From: an uncultured Gammaproteobacteria bacterium
GTDB taxonomy: Bacteria > Pseudomonadota > Gammaproteobacteria > DRLM01
Assembly (NCBI GenBank): GCA_963729605.1
Contig: CAVSNY010000003.1
Span: 256,001-320,000, forward strand
DNA length: 64,000 nt
Reading direction: 5' to 3'
Shown here: positions 54,240-64,000 of the stretch, one piece after another
Numbering within the stretch: the stretch's first letter is position 1
Layout of the letters: every line of letters begins with the position of its first letter
Translations under genes and position numbers: made by a program
Notes under the pieces: model-generated
Told to the model about the DNA's origin: nothing
Databases searched by the model: none
The model's input: the letters and a program-made list of their open reading frames with translations, nothing else

Positions 54240-56477
54240 ATGGCGAAACGCCGTTTAATCGACGACCCGCATCGCGACCGGGAGGCGGAAAAATACGCCA
54301 ACCCCATTCCTAGCCGCGAATATATTCTCGACATACTGACTCAGCGCGGTTCGCCGGTCAGCTTCGAGCAGATCGCCGAGACTTTAAGCCTCGGCGACGA
54401 GGAACAACTGGAGGCCTTGCGCCGCCGGCTGCGCGCCATGGAGCGCGACGGCCAAGTGGTTTTCAACCGCAATGGCGACTACGGTCTGGCGGAAAAAATG
54501 GATTTGGTGCGCGGCCGGGTAGTCGGCCACCCCGACGGTTTCGGTTTCCTGGTGCCCGACGAAGGCGGCGACGATTTGTTCCTTTCGCCCAAACAGATGC
54601 GGTCGGTGCTGCACGGCGATCGCGCCCTGGCCTGCGTGTTGGGCGTCGATCGGCGCGGCCGCCGCGAGGGCGGGATAGTGGAGGTGCTGGAACGCGCCCA
54701 CGCCCGCATCGTCGGCCGTTTTCATCTGGAGCACGGCCTGGGTTTGGTGATACCGAGTAATTCGCGCATCACCCAGGACATCGCCATTCCGCCCGAACAT
54801 CGCGGCGGCGCCACCGTCAACCAGATCGTCGAAGTGGAGATCATCGAGCAACCCAGCAAACACTCGCAGCCCATCGGCCGCATCGTCAACGTGCTGGGCG
54901 ATCACATGGCGCCGGGCATGGAAGTGGACATCGCGGTCCGCAGTTACGACCTGCCCCATGAATGGCCGCTGGCGGTATTGCAGGAGATCGCGCCGCTCAC
55001 CGCCGAGGTGCCGGAAGCGGCCAAGCAGGGCCGCATCGATTTACGCAGTACGCCGTTGGTCACCATCGACGGCGAGGACGCCCGCGACTTCGACGACGCG
55101 GTGTATTGCGAACCCCATGGTAAGGGCTGGGTGCTGCTGGTGGCCATCGCCGACGTGTCGTCTTACGTCAACCGCAACACCGCGCTGGATCAACACGCCC
55201 ATTTGCGCGGCACCTCGGTGTATTTCCCGGGACGGGTCATTCCCATGCTGCCGGAAATCCTGTCCAACGGTTTGTGTTCGCTCAATCCGCATGTCGATCG
55301 GCTGTGCCTGGTGGCGGAGCTCATCATCACCCATACCGGCCAGGTGAAGAGCCACCGTTTCTTCGAAGGCATCATGCGATCGGCGGCGCGGCTCACCTAC
55401 ACCGAAGTGGCGGCGGCGGTGGTGGAACGCAACGTCAAAACGCGCAATCAAGTAAAGACCGTGTTGCCGCAACTGGAAGAGTTGTATGCCCTCTATCAAG
55501 TGATGCGCGCGCGCCGCGATAAACGCGGAGCCATCGACTTCGACACCACCGAAACCAAAATCGAATTCGGCCGCACCGGCAAGATCGATCGCATCGTGCC
55601 GCTGGTGCGCAACGACGCCCATCGCATGATCGAGGAATTCATGGTGGCCGCCAACGTCGCCGCCGCGGAGTTCCTGCTCGATAAAAAGATTCCGGCGCTC
55701 TACCGCGTACACGCCGGACCCTCGGTGGAAAAGCTCGCCGACTTGCGCGATTTTCTCGCGGAAATGGGCCTGAGCCTGGGCGGCGGCGACGAACCGGAGC
55801 CCAGGCATTACGCGCAGTTGCTCGACAAGGTGCGCGAGCGTCCCGATGCCCGTCTCATTCAGACCGTGCTGCTGCGCAGCTTGAGTCAGGCGGTCTACAG
55901 TCCGGACAACACTGGCCACTTCGGGCTGGCCTACGAGGCCTATACCCATTTCACCTCGCCGATCCGCCGCTATCCCGATCTGCTGGTGCATCGCGCCATT
56001 CGCCATCTGGTGGCGGGCGGCCGCGCCGAGGAGTTCGCCTACGGCCACAGCGATATGATGAACGCCGGCGCCCATTGCTCCACCACCGAACGCCGCGCCG
56101 ACGAGGCCACCCGCGACGCCATGGACTGGCTCAAGTGCGAATTCATGCAGGATAAAGTGGGCGAGGTGTTCGACGGCATCATCACCTCGGTGACCGGCTT
56201 CGGCTTATTCGTCGAGCTGAAAGACATCTATGTGGAAGGACTGGTGCACATCACCAACCTCGGCCAGGATTATTTCCATTTCGATCCGGTCAAGCACCGC
56301 ATGTTGGGCGAACGCACTAAGGCCGTGTATCGCCTGGCCGATCCGATCTCCGTGAAAGTGGTGCGGGTCGATCTCAACGAAAAGAAGATCGACTTTGAAT
56401 TGGTCGGAGCAGACAAGGCCGCGCCCGATACCAAGGACAAACCCCGCAAGCGTAGCCGGCAACGTAAAAAGACCTAG
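54240..56477 (+). CDS. rnr: Ribonuclease R
   Basis: TIDGEDARDFDDA, RGTSVYFP, HFTSPIRRYPDL, an S1 domain and a basic tail. Confidence 0.97.
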   Translation: MAKRRLIDDPHRDREAEKYANPIPSREYILDILTQRGSPVSFEQIAETLSLGDEEQLEALRRRLRAMERDGQVVFNRNGDYGLAEKMDLVRGRVVGHPDGFGFLVPDEGGDDLFLSPKQMRSVLHGDRALACVLGVDRRGRREGGIVEVLERAHARIVGRFHLEHGLGLVIPSNSRITQDIAIPPEHRGGATVNQIVEVEIIEQPSKHSQPIGRIVNVLGDHMAPGMEVDIAVRSYDLPHEWPLAVLQEIAPLTAEVPEAAKQGRIDLRSTPLVTIDGEDARDFDDAVYCEPHGKGWVLLVAIADVSSYVNRNTALDQHAHLRGTSVYFPGRVIPMLPEILSNGLCSLNPHVDRLCLVAELIITHTGQVKSHRFFEGIMRSAARLTYTEVAAAVVERNVKTRNQVKTVLPQLEELYALYQVMRARRDKRGAIDFDTTETKIEFGRTGKIDRIVPLVRNDAHRMIEEFMVAANVAAAEFLLDKKIPALYRVHAGPSVEKLADLRDFLAEMGLSLGGGDEPEPRHYAQLLDKVRERPDARLIQTVLLRSLSQAVYSPDNTGHFGLAYEAYTHFTSPIRRYPDLLVHRAIRHLVAGGRAEEFAYGHSDMMNAGAHCSTTERRADEATRDAMDWLKCEFMQDKVGEVFDGIITSVTGFGLFVELKDIYVEGLVHITNLGQDYFHFDPVKHRMLGERTKAVYRLADPISVKVVRVDLNEKKIDFELVGADKAAPDTKDKPRKRSRQRKKT

Positions 56478-56491
56478 CGGGAATCCACGAA

Positions 56492-57253
56492 ATGGCGAAG
56501 CGCGAACTCATCTTCGGCATTCATGCCGTCATGGCGGCCTTGCGGCGCGACGCCGGACAGCTCAGCGAACTGCTGGTGGCGGAGGGCGGCCGCAAGAATC
56601 CGCGTTTGCGCGAACTCATCGAGCTCGCCGAACAAACGGGGCTGCCAGTGAATTATCAAAGCCGCGAGGCGCTGGATGACTTGGTGCCCGACGGCGTGCA
56701 TCAAGGTGTGGTGGCCTGGAGCGCCGCCGCTGCGCCGATGGTCAGCGAAGATGATTTAGTGGGCTTGGTGGAAGGCTTGCGCGTACCGGCGTTGTTATTG
56801 GTGCTCGACGGCGTGCAGGATCCGCACAACCTCGGCGCCTGTCTGCGCAGCGCCGATGCCGCCGGGGTCCACGCGGTCATCGCGCCGAAAGACCGCGCCG
56901 TCGGCCTTACCCCCACCGTGCGCAAAGTCGCCTGCGGCGGCGCCGACACAGTGCCCTTCGTGCAGGTCACCAATCTGGCGCGCACCCTGCGCGAACTCAA
57001 GGATGCCGGCGTGTGGCTGGTGGGCGCGGCCGGCGACGCATCGGAAAGTCTGTACGACGCCGATCTGCGCGGCCCGATCGCCATCGTGATGGGCGCAGAG
57101 GAAAAAGGCCTGCGCCGCCTCACTCAAGAACACTGCGATTTTCTGGTGCGCATCCCCATGGCCGGCAGCGTGGAAAGTTTGAACGTCTCGGTCGCCACCG
57201 GCGTCTGCCTGTTCGAAGCGGTGCGGCAGCGGGCCGCCAAAAAGGGCGGGTAA
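56492..57253 (+). CDS. rlmB: 23S rRNA G2251 2'-O-methyltransferase
   Basis: HQGV, LDGVQDPHNLGACLRSADAAG and IPMAGSVESLNVSVA motifs. Confidence 0.96.
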   Translation: MAKRELIFGIHAVMAALRRDAGQLSELLVAEGGRKNPRLRELIELAEQTGLPVNYQSREALDDLVPDGVHQGVVAWSAAAAPMVSEDDLVGLVEGLRVPALLLVLDGVQDPHNLGACLRSADAAGVHAVIAPKDRAVGLTPTVRKVACGGADTVPFVQVTNLARTLRELKDAGVWLVGAAGDASESLYDADLRGPIAIVMGAEEKGLRRLTQEHCDFLVRIPMAGSVESLNVSVATGVCLFEAVRQRAAKKGG

Positions 57254-57432
57254 AGGCCCACGCCGCAGGGTGCCGCCAGTCGCTTGCGGAGGAATTTCGC
57301 GCCGCGTCGCTGATCCGCTTGTTCGCACCGACATCGCCGACCGCGCCACATTTAGTCAGGGCTGAATGCGCGGTAGCGATTGAACCGTTTATTCCGCCCT
57401 GGGTATTGCACCGCGCCAGCGGCGGGCGACGT

Positions 57433-59607
57433 TCACCATGTCTCTTTCATGACTTCCGTCAACGCGGGCCGTGGCCGTCGCTCCGCGGTCGCGGCGGGTG
57501 GCGTGGCGCCGTCGGCTTGAGTGACCGCGACGTTGAGCGGCGAGTCGGTGATCCGCCATTGGCCTTTTAATATATTGGTGGGCGCGTCGCCGCTAAAGGC
57601 GATGTAACTCGCGTTACCGTAATGGGGTAGTTTTCGCGCGAGGCCGGCGAAGGCCGCCGGATTATCGCAGCCCAGCCACACCAACGCTTGCTCGGCCGTG
57701 CCCTTTTGACGCGCGCTCAACACCACGGCGTGCTGCTTGCGTTGCAAAGTTTGACCGGCGAGATTGACGGTGGCGTCGCCGAACTTGGCCTCTGCGCCGG
57801 TGAGGGCCGCGGCCAGTTGAGGTTGAAAGCGGTTCTCCCAACCGAACAGCCACACGCCGCGATCGGCGGGCAGCTCCCGCAACTTGTCGTCCCAGCCGAC
57901 GCTGATGTGTTCACTCTCGCGGGCCCAGGCTTGCGCCAGCTGCGTGTAAGCCTCGCGTAGATTGGGCGGCGCGGCGGCGGGCAATACGATCAGCAAACGT
58001 TCGGCCGCCAGCGCCTCGCTGAGCGTGGGCGGCAGTTCGTCGCGGTCCAAGCGCCGGAATACGTCGAATTCCGGATCCACCTCCACCCGCCAGGGCCGGG
58101 CCGCGAGTCGCAGATGGGTGACGCTCCGTTTGTCATTCATGGTGACGACCTGTTGCAACGCGGAGTCCTGTCCTTCGAGGGTGACGGCGATCGGCACTTG
58201 CAGCGGATAGGGCGGGCCCTCTTGAGTTTGTTCCAAGACCAGTTCCAGTTGATAGCCGTCTTCTTTGGGTGTGGCGCGCGCGGTCGCGACCCGCAGTGAA
58301 GGCGCGCCGGTGCGCTGCAACCAGGATGGGAAAGCCGCTTGCAAGGAAACGCCGGCTTCTTTTTCGAAGGCGATACGTAAATCGTTCCAGCCGGCGGTTT
58401 GAAAGGCGTTGTCCCGATAAAAGCGGCGCAGGCCGGCGATAAAGCGCGCGTCGCCCAGCTGGAGACGCAGCGCATGGAAAAACATCAGCGCCTTGTCATA
58501 ACCGACGGCCTGACTGGCGCTGCTGTGGCGGGCGCTAAATTCACTAAGGGGAAAATCGCGCTCGGCGGCCACGTAATTGCGGTAGCGCAACAAGGCGTCG
58601 CGCCGGTAATTGGCGCCTTCGCCGCGCCGTTCCCGCAGCAGGTGATCGGCGAGATAACTCGTCAGACCTTCCGACCAATTGCCCGCGGCGTAATCCACGT
58701 ACACGCCGTTGCCCCACCAGTTGTGCAAAATTTCGTGGGGAAACGAACTGTGCAGGATAAACGGCAGGCGGATCACTTGCGGTCCGAGCAGGGTGAAAGA
58801 AGGCATGCCGTAGCCCGATTCCCAGCTATTTTCCACCAGGGCGAATTTGGCGTAAGGATAGGGCGCGATCAGTTGCGAATAGAGGTCGACGTACTCGGCC
58901 ATGGTAGCTAAATATTCTTCCGCCAACGCGCGGTCGGGCCGGCGCAGCATTACCAGCGTGTTCACCGCGCCGGCGGTTTGTTGATACTCATGGAAGCGCG
59001 CGGCGATTAAATAGATTTCTTGTTGCGGATGATTTTCTTCCCAACGTACCGAACTGGGATTTTGTTCCGGCGGTGGCGGGATGCGCGCGCCCTGGCTGAC
59101 CGCGGACCAGGCGGCGGGCAATTGCACGTCGAGGGAAAAACTCACCCGTTCATCGTTAAACTGTGGATACCAGTGGCTGTTGCCATCCAAGTAAACGCCG
59201 TCGGCCGTGATGAATCCACGGGTGTCCGCCTGGCTGCGGCCGAGACCGGACTCCCTCTCGCGCAAGGGGTGGGCGATCTTGCCTTCGTAACTGAGGGTGA
59301 TACGGCCTTGGCGAGGAGGGCTCTGCAATACATACGCGGCCGGACCGCGCGTTGTGGCGGGACCGGCGGGCAGGGCGCGCAACGGCGGATCGGCCCGGGT
59401 GATTTTCAAATCGGGATGCAGATACAATCGCCATGCCGGCGCCGCGTCATCGGCGGCCGGTACGCTGATGACGTCGCTGACGATGATGCGCCCGGTCTCC
59501 GGCAGCAATTGGACCCGCAGGTCATGATGAACGACCGCATCGGCCCGGGCCGTCCAGGGCGCCAACAATATCATCGCAAGTGTCCAGAGTGCCCGGCGCA
59601 TGGTCAT
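57433..59607 (-). CDS. Secreted M1-family metallopeptidase
   Basis: Signal peptide; GYGMP, HEILHNWWGN..WSEGL (HExxH..E) and GYDK motifs. Confidence 0.85.
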   Translation of the reverse strand: MTMRRALWTLAMILLAPWTARADAVVHHDLRVQLLPETGRIIVSDVISVPAADDAAPAWRLYLHPDLKITRADPPLRALPAGPATTRGPAAYVLQSPPRQGRITLSYEGKIAHPLRERESGLGRSQADTRGFITADGVYLDGNSHWYPQFNDERVSFSLDVQLPAAWSAVSQGARIPPPPEQNPSSVRWEENHPQQEIYLIAARFHEYQQTAGAVNTLVMLRRPDRALAEEYLATMAEYVDLYSQLIAPYPYAKFALVENSWESGYGMPSFTLLGPQVIRLPFILHSSFPHEILHNWWGNGVYVDYAAGNWSEGLTSYLADHLLRERRGEGANYRRDALLRYRNYVAAERDFPLSEFSARHSSASQAVGYDKALMFFHALRLQLGDARFIAGLRRFYRDNAFQTAGWNDLRIAFEKEAGVSLQAAFPSWLQRTGAPSLRVATARATPKEDGYQLELVLEQTQEGPPYPLQVPIAVTLEGQDSALQQVVTMNDKRSVTHLRLAARPWRVEVDPEFDVFRRLDRDELPPTLSEALAAERLLIVLPAAAPPNLREAYTQLAQAWARESEHISVGWDDKLRELPADRGVWLFGWENRFQPQLAAALTGAEAKFGDATVNLAGQTLQRKQHAVVLSARQKGTAEQALVWLGCDNPAAFAGLARKLPHYGNASYIAFSGDAPTNILKGQWRITDSPLNVAVTQADGATPPAATAERRPRPALTEVMKETW

Positions 59608-59767
59608 CCTTATGTTCGTTGGCCCTAATTTTCCACACACATCATACCTTCTCTCAGACCGGGTGTAGAGGCCGCCCGGGGACGGCGGCGGCTTGCAGTT
59701 CACATTCTCCGCGGTCAAACTAGGCGGCGGCTTTTGGTGACCGGCATGTAACGGGAGGACGGCGGTT

Positions 59768-60055
59768 GTGGCGGTGCGTGACGAGCCCGTGTTGGGCAAT
59801 TGGTATCACGATGCGGATACCGAGCAAGAGTTTCAAGTGGTGGCGTATGACGAGATCGGCGGGATAGTCGAGGTTCGATTCGACGATGGCGATGTCAAGG
59901 TCATGGAGCTGGACGAATGGTTCGCCAGCGATTTGAAAATCATAGATCCGCCCGATGACTGGTCCGTTGCGGATCCCGACGACGAGGACGGCGAAGCTTG
60001 GTCCACTGGCCGTGGGACTTGGGACGATGACACCGAGTTTCCCGAACGTGATTGA
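59768..60055 (+). CDS. Small acidic DUF6763-like protein
   Basis: P.LG.WY..FQVVA.DE..VEV.F.DG.V..W..P.DWS pattern shared with 63632-63940. Confidence 0.65.
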   Translation: MAVRDEPVLGNWYHDADTEQEFQVVAYDEIGGIVEVRFDDGDVKVMELDEWFASDLKIIDPPDDWSVADPDDEDGEAWSTGRGTWDDDTEFPERD

Positions 60056-60104
60056 AGCGTGTTTGGCCGCTGGCTGAATTTTAATTGGTAGTAATCTCTT
60101 CGAG

Positions 60105-60935
60105 GTGTTCATGCCTAAAATGATCAATGCCATCCTAATCGGGCTATTGTTGAGTATGTCCACGTTGGCTAACGCCGCTGTCGGCGAAGCGGCCGCGCCG
60201 GAACCCCTGCCGCCGGAATTGCAGCGGCTGGAGCAACAGGCGCTCAAAGGTGATGTCGCGGCGCAATCGGAATTGGGCATGGCCTATGTATTGGGCAAAG
60301 GCATTTCACGCGATTACCAGCAGGCCCGCGATTGGTTGAGCAAGGCCGCGGAAAAAGGCGACGCGGTGGCGCAGGCCTTGCTCGGTTATTTGTATCGGGA
60401 CGGCTTGGGCGTCGAACGCGATGCCGCTGCGGCGGCGCGCTGGTACCAAGCGGCGGCCGCGCAGGGGCATGTCAACGCGCAAACCAATCTGGCGCTCTTG
60501 TACAAAAACGGTGAAGGCATCCCGCGCAATTACCCTGAAGCCATGGCATGGTTCAATAAAGCCGCCGAGCAAGGGGATGTTTACGCTCAGGCCAATTTAG
60601 GATTGATGTATGAAGAGGGCTTGGGTACCCAGCGTAATTACAATACCGCGGCGCGGTGGTATGGCCAGGCCGCGGAAGGCAATCATGAATTGTCGCAACG
60701 CAAGCTCGCGCATTTATATGAAACCGGACAAGGCGTGCCGCAGGACAATGTGAAGGCCTATACCTGGTACGCCATCGCCGGGGTGTGGCAAGGCGGCGAT
60801 ACGCTGGCCATGGACGACCCGCGCCTGAAACTCAGTACGCGCATGAGTCCTGAGCAAATCGAGGAGGCCAATCAGGCCGCCATGACCTGGTGGGAAAAAC
60901 ACTTCAAGGTCGACGACAGCGCGCCTGTACCGTAG
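60105..60935 (+). CDS. Secreted Sel1-repeat protein
   Basis: Signal peptide and about five AQ..LG..Y..G.G..A..W..AA..G repeats. Confidence 0.9.
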   Translation: MFMPKMINAILIGLLLSMSTLANAAVGEAAAPEPLPPELQRLEQQALKGDVAAQSELGMAYVLGKGISRDYQQARDWLSKAAEKGDAVAQALLGYLYRDGLGVERDAAAAARWYQAAAAQGHVNAQTNLALLYKNGEGIPRNYPEAMAWFNKAAEQGDVYAQANLGLMYEEGLGTQRNYNTAARWYGQAAEGNHELSQRKLAHLYETGQGVPQDNVKAYTWYAIAGVWQGGDTLAMDDPRLKLSTRMSPEQIEEANQAAMTWWEKHFKVDDSAPVP

Positions 60936-60963
60936 CGACGCGGCGGATCGCGGTTGGATTAAT

Positions 60964-61203
60964 TCAAGCCAGAAAGAGTTTGCATACATCCGGTTTGCGG
61001 CAGACCGTCTCGTAAGCCTTGTCATAGAGCCGTTCTTTGCCGCGGCGGGCGCATTCCGCGTAAACCAGATCCAACATGGCATGGGAGTCGGCGCGGGGGT
61101 TGCTCATGTGCGCCATCGACATGCATACGCAATGCTGCACGTAGTGGATGAGTTCACTCTCTTTGGCTAATTCAAGCGAATCACGGAATTCATCGAGATT
61201 CAT
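60964..61203 (-). CDS. Small hypothetical Cys/His-containing protein (79 aa)
   Basis: Strong AGGAGG RBS before MNLDEF; upstream sigma28-like motif. Confidence 0.65.
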   Translation of the reverse strand: MNLDEFRDSLELAKESELIHYVQHCVCMSMAHMSNPRADSHAMLDLVYAECARRGKERLYDKAYETVCRKPDVCKLFLA

Positions 61204-61304
61204 ATCGAATCCTCCTTTGGCCCAACTACCAGCCGTCAGTCCAGGATCGACATGTCCATGTCCGAGCAATGATGCTCAAAATCGGTCTTGCCTTAATACC
61301 CCAT

Positions 61305-61331
61305 TATTCGGCACGGGCAGCGAAACCTTGA
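61305..61331 (-). promoter_or_regulatory. Putative sigma28-type promoter
   Basis: TCAA(GGTTT)-N15-GCCGAATA on the minus strand. Confidence 0.5.
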
Positions 61332-61346
61332 AATTTTCAGATTGAC

Positions 61347-62864
61347 TTACGGATTTGAGACGGGAATCACGGAGAAGTTTCGCTCGATAAGAAAAGGCTC
61401 GTCGAAATGGCGGCGCCCGACGAAGGCCGTGGCATGATTACCCCATTGTCGCATCGCGCCCGAGCTGGGGATGCCCATCGGCCACAATATCCAACGTTCG
61501 CCGCGTTGCGTGCCTGGCACCAGCCCCCGTTCGGCGAATAGACTGCGCTGAGCATCGCCTTGCCGGGTGGGCAACGAACGCAGCTTATCGTAAGGCGCGA
61601 ATTGGTACGATCTGTCCGGTTCCGCTGGATCATCGATCAGTATCTGTTGCAAATAATGAGTGCGGGCGCTGACGCGAACGCGCAGCCGTTGCGCCTCGCT
61701 CACGGAGGGCGCGCTTTGCGGTATCAAGATCGGTTCTTGATAAATACGCGGGCGTTCGATCAGCCGCAACGACTCGCCGGGGAAAAACAGGTGATAACAG
61801 CCGCAAGGATGAATGCTGTCGTATAACAAGGGGCGGCCGTCGTCGGCGAGGGTGACCCGCCAATGGATGCCGTCAAGGGGGCCCGCCAGCATATCCAGAC
61901 TGCTCTCGGCGGGCCGCGCCGCGAACCATATCGTGTAATTCAATTGCAACAACACCCGGCCGCCGAAGCGGGTGTAAGAAGCATGGGTATAAACCACGGG
62001 TTGAGTGACGTCGATTTGCGGCCAGGGTGTCGTTCCCCAAAAAGGCCGTCCCGGGCGGTCATCGTCGTCCACGGTGTCCAGCTCCCAGACCGGTGCGTAA
62101 CGGCTGAACAGGACGGCCAGCTGTGCGGCCGTGGGGACGGGTATGCCCAAAGGATCGGCGCTGGTCCGCAGGATGTCCGCTACTTCGCTATCGGAAACCG
62201 GTGGTGAGAGGGGAGGGCGATAGTGCAGCCAAGCGCCGAGAGGCGGCGGTTTGATCGCGGCGTCCGCGAATAATCGACGCACTCTCTTTTGCCAGTGACT
62301 GACGGAGGCGCGCACCACCAATGCGCTGAGCGGATAAACGCCTATCGCCCGTTGCGCGGTCCGATAGTTGTCCGGCACCTCGGCCCGACGCACCAGGGTT
62401 TGCCACGACTCGCCGCTATTCAGCTCGGCAACGCTCAATAACTCGCCGCACCGGGCGATGCCGTCCAACACGTCGCCGCGCCCCGGCGTCCGTCGCTGAA
62501 GTTCGCTGCGTGCCGCGGGGGGAAGATTGGCGTATTCAAAACGTCGCGCGGTTTGATCCAAGTCGCGCAAATGTTTTAACCACACCTGAAATTTAATTTC
62601 ATCTTGGATATCCGGCACCAGCGTAGCGAGCAAACGGTCAACCCGCAAATAAGGGAAGCCGGCCACCGGTACCGTTTGAAAATCGCGTGCCTGGAAACGT
62701 GCCGTCAGTTGGTCGAATTGTTGGAAAAAATCGCGGCAATCACTTAGCGGGGCCGCCGGATCGGCCGGGGGTAATGGCCTTTGAATGGCGCACCCCGTTA
62801 ATAAAATGATCGCCGACAGCATCAGCCGTGCACGTGACGCGCGGTTTGGGCGGGTCGTGTTCAT
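61347..62864 (-). CDS. Hypothetical lipoprotein
   Basis: Lipobox LTGC; HPCGCYH and MRQWG.HATAFVGRRHFD motifs. Confidence 0.7.
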   Translation of the reverse strand: MNTTRPNRASRARLMLSAIILLTGCAIQRPLPPADPAAPLSDCRDFFQQFDQLTARFQARDFQTVPVAGFPYLRVDRLLATLVPDIQDEIKFQVWLKHLRDLDQTARRFEYANLPPAARSELQRRTPGRGDVLDGIARCGELLSVAELNSGESWQTLVRRAEVPDNYRTAQRAIGVYPLSALVVRASVSHWQKRVRRLFADAAIKPPPLGAWLHYRPPLSPPVSDSEVADILRTSADPLGIPVPTAAQLAVLFSRYAPVWELDTVDDDDRPGRPFWGTTPWPQIDVTQPVVYTHASYTRFGGRVLLQLNYTIWFAARPAESSLDMLAGPLDGIHWRVTLADDGRPLLYDSIHPCGCYHLFFPGESLRLIERPRIYQEPILIPQSAPSVSEAQRLRVRVSARTHYLQQILIDDPAEPDRSYQFAPYDKLRSLPTRQGDAQRSLFAERGLVPGTQRGERWILWPMGIPSSGAMRQWGNHATAFVGRRHFDEPFLIERNFSVIPVSNP

Positions 62865-62932
62865 GTTGGCCGCGACGTTTCCATGTGATAATGCCGTAAG
62901 TCATTTTTCACCGACCAGACCCCCGTCTCCAA

Positions 62933-62959
62933 TAAAGTTTTTTTATGGTGAGCCGATTG
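62933..62959 (+). promoter_or_regulatory. Putative sigma28-type promoter
   Basis: TAAAGTTT-N11-GCCGATTG, very close to the FliA consensus TAAAGTTT-N11-GCCGATAA. Confidence 0.65.
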
Positions 62960-63029
62960 TTGTGATATCTATAATGACGACGTTCCGCTCGAGTATCCTG
63001 GCGCCGACCCCTAAGTGGATGCGAGACTC

Positions 63030-63596
63030 ATGAAAAATATTAATAAAAGGACGCGTGGCTGCTTAATCGCGCTGTTGTGCAGCCTGATCGCGGGCTTGGC
63101 CTTTGCGGAGAAACCGGAAGTTGCCCCGCCTTTGACCCCGCTCGCCGTCGATGGTATTCACGATCCCGACAATCCCGCCTTGCCGTCGCTGCAAAACCCC
63201 GAGGAGTCCATGATCACCTTCCCCAAGGATCGCCGCGGTGAAGTGCAGTGGGTGGAATCCTTGAATAAAGGCATCATCACGCCCCGCAAATTTGTTACCG
63301 GCGACAGCGGAGAAGGCGAGGAATTGAAAGAGTTGGACCTCGACATCATCATGAAAAATACCGCGCAGATGCCCCATGTGCGTTTTCCGCACCTTGCCCA
63401 CACCCGTTGGCTGGCGTGCAGCAATTGCCATTCGGAAATATTCATACCCAAGGCCGGCGCCAATCCCGTCAGCATGGAAAAGATTTTGAAGGGTGAATAT
63501 TGTGGCCGGTGCCACGACAAAGTCTCTTTCGCACTATGGGCCTGCGAACGCTGCCACAGCGTGCCGCACCCCGGTTCTCCGCCGAAATGGTGGTAA
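63030..63596 (+). CDS. Periplasmic triheme c7-type cytochrome c
   Basis: Signal peptide; FPHLAH and three CxxCH motifs (CSNCH, CGRCH, CERCH). Confidence 0.88.
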   Translation: MKNINKRTRGCLIALLCSLIAGLAFAEKPEVAPPLTPLAVDGIHDPDNPALPSLQNPEESMITFPKDRRGEVQWVESLNKGIITPRKFVTGDSGEGEELKELDLDIIMKNTAQMPHVRFPHLAHTRWLACSNCHSEIFIPKAGANPVSMEKILKGEYCGRCHDKVSFALWACERCHSVPHPGSPPKWW

Positions 63597-63631
63597 GGAC
63601 AACGGTGAATCCGCGTGCGTAGCAACGAGGT

Positions 63632-63940
63632 TTAGTCGAGACGGTCCACATCGTCCAATGGATTTGACCAATCGCCGGGCCGTAATGCGATGTCGCTATA
63701 ACCGAGATCGTCTTTTTCGATATCGTCGAAAGGGGCCGACCAGTCCTTGGGCGCGGCCGTCGGCGCAATCTCCAACATACGCCAGGTCTCCATCTCATAT
63801 TCCTCGACTTCGCCGTCGTAGAATTGTACTTCCACCGTCGCTTCATCTTCATCGACGGCGACCACTTCAAAAGATTGGCCGAGGGAATTTTTATACCAAT
63901 CCCCCACGGCGGGCTGATATGGATTGTCTTCTAGTATCAT
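63632..63940 (-). CDS. Small acidic DUF6763-like protein
   Basis: PAVGDWY..FEVVAVDE..VEVQFYDGEVEE..W..PKDWS.P.D; GGAGG RBS. Confidence 0.7.
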   Translation of the reverse strand: MILEDNPYQPAVGDWYKNSLGQSFEVVAVDEDEATVEVQFYDGEVEEYEMETWRMLEIAPTAAPKDWSAPFDDIEKDDLGYSDIALRPGDWSNPLDDVDRLD

Positions 63941-64000
63941 GACGTGCCCTCCATGTTTGCCGCTGCCAAACGGCATGAATCCGCAGTCTATGCTAGCCCC

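Overview
The window looks like a gammaproteobacterial chromosome segment with three parts. (1) 1-15.5 kb: a sugar/glycerol-phosphate gene set, then an AT-richer locus. In that locus, three related secreted proteins ending in Gly-rich ...GGW(GW) tails flank an sxtI/J/K/L-like O-carbamoyltransferase + SGNH-TPR module. It is followed by a VOC gene, rnd and a candidate sigma28-driven small RNA with a C-rich loop. (2) 15.5-32.8 kb: a nested mobile region. An IS5-family element with intact outer inverted repeats and a TA duplication is split by about 16.4 kb of GC-rich cargo. The cargo holds a thyA fragment, frameshifted bioA, ilvD, pyrC and an NhaR/SbtAB/HtpX/TerC/YrbG/TsaC cluster, plus IS256 and Tn4371-type integrase remnants. 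A structured ~205-232 bp repeat occurs twice, once just outside the left IS end and once inside the IS256 remnant. (3) 32.8-64 kb: mostly ordinary core genes (purB-hflD-mnmA-nudJ-rluE, icd, cspD, clpSA, infA, ate/aat, tRNA-Ser, miaA-hfq-hflXKC, hisZ-purA, tRNA-Leu, rnr-rlmB), ending in an M1 peptidase, a Sel1 protein, a triheme cytochrome and two DUF6763-like genes. All family assignments come from motif recognition by eye; no database searches were run.
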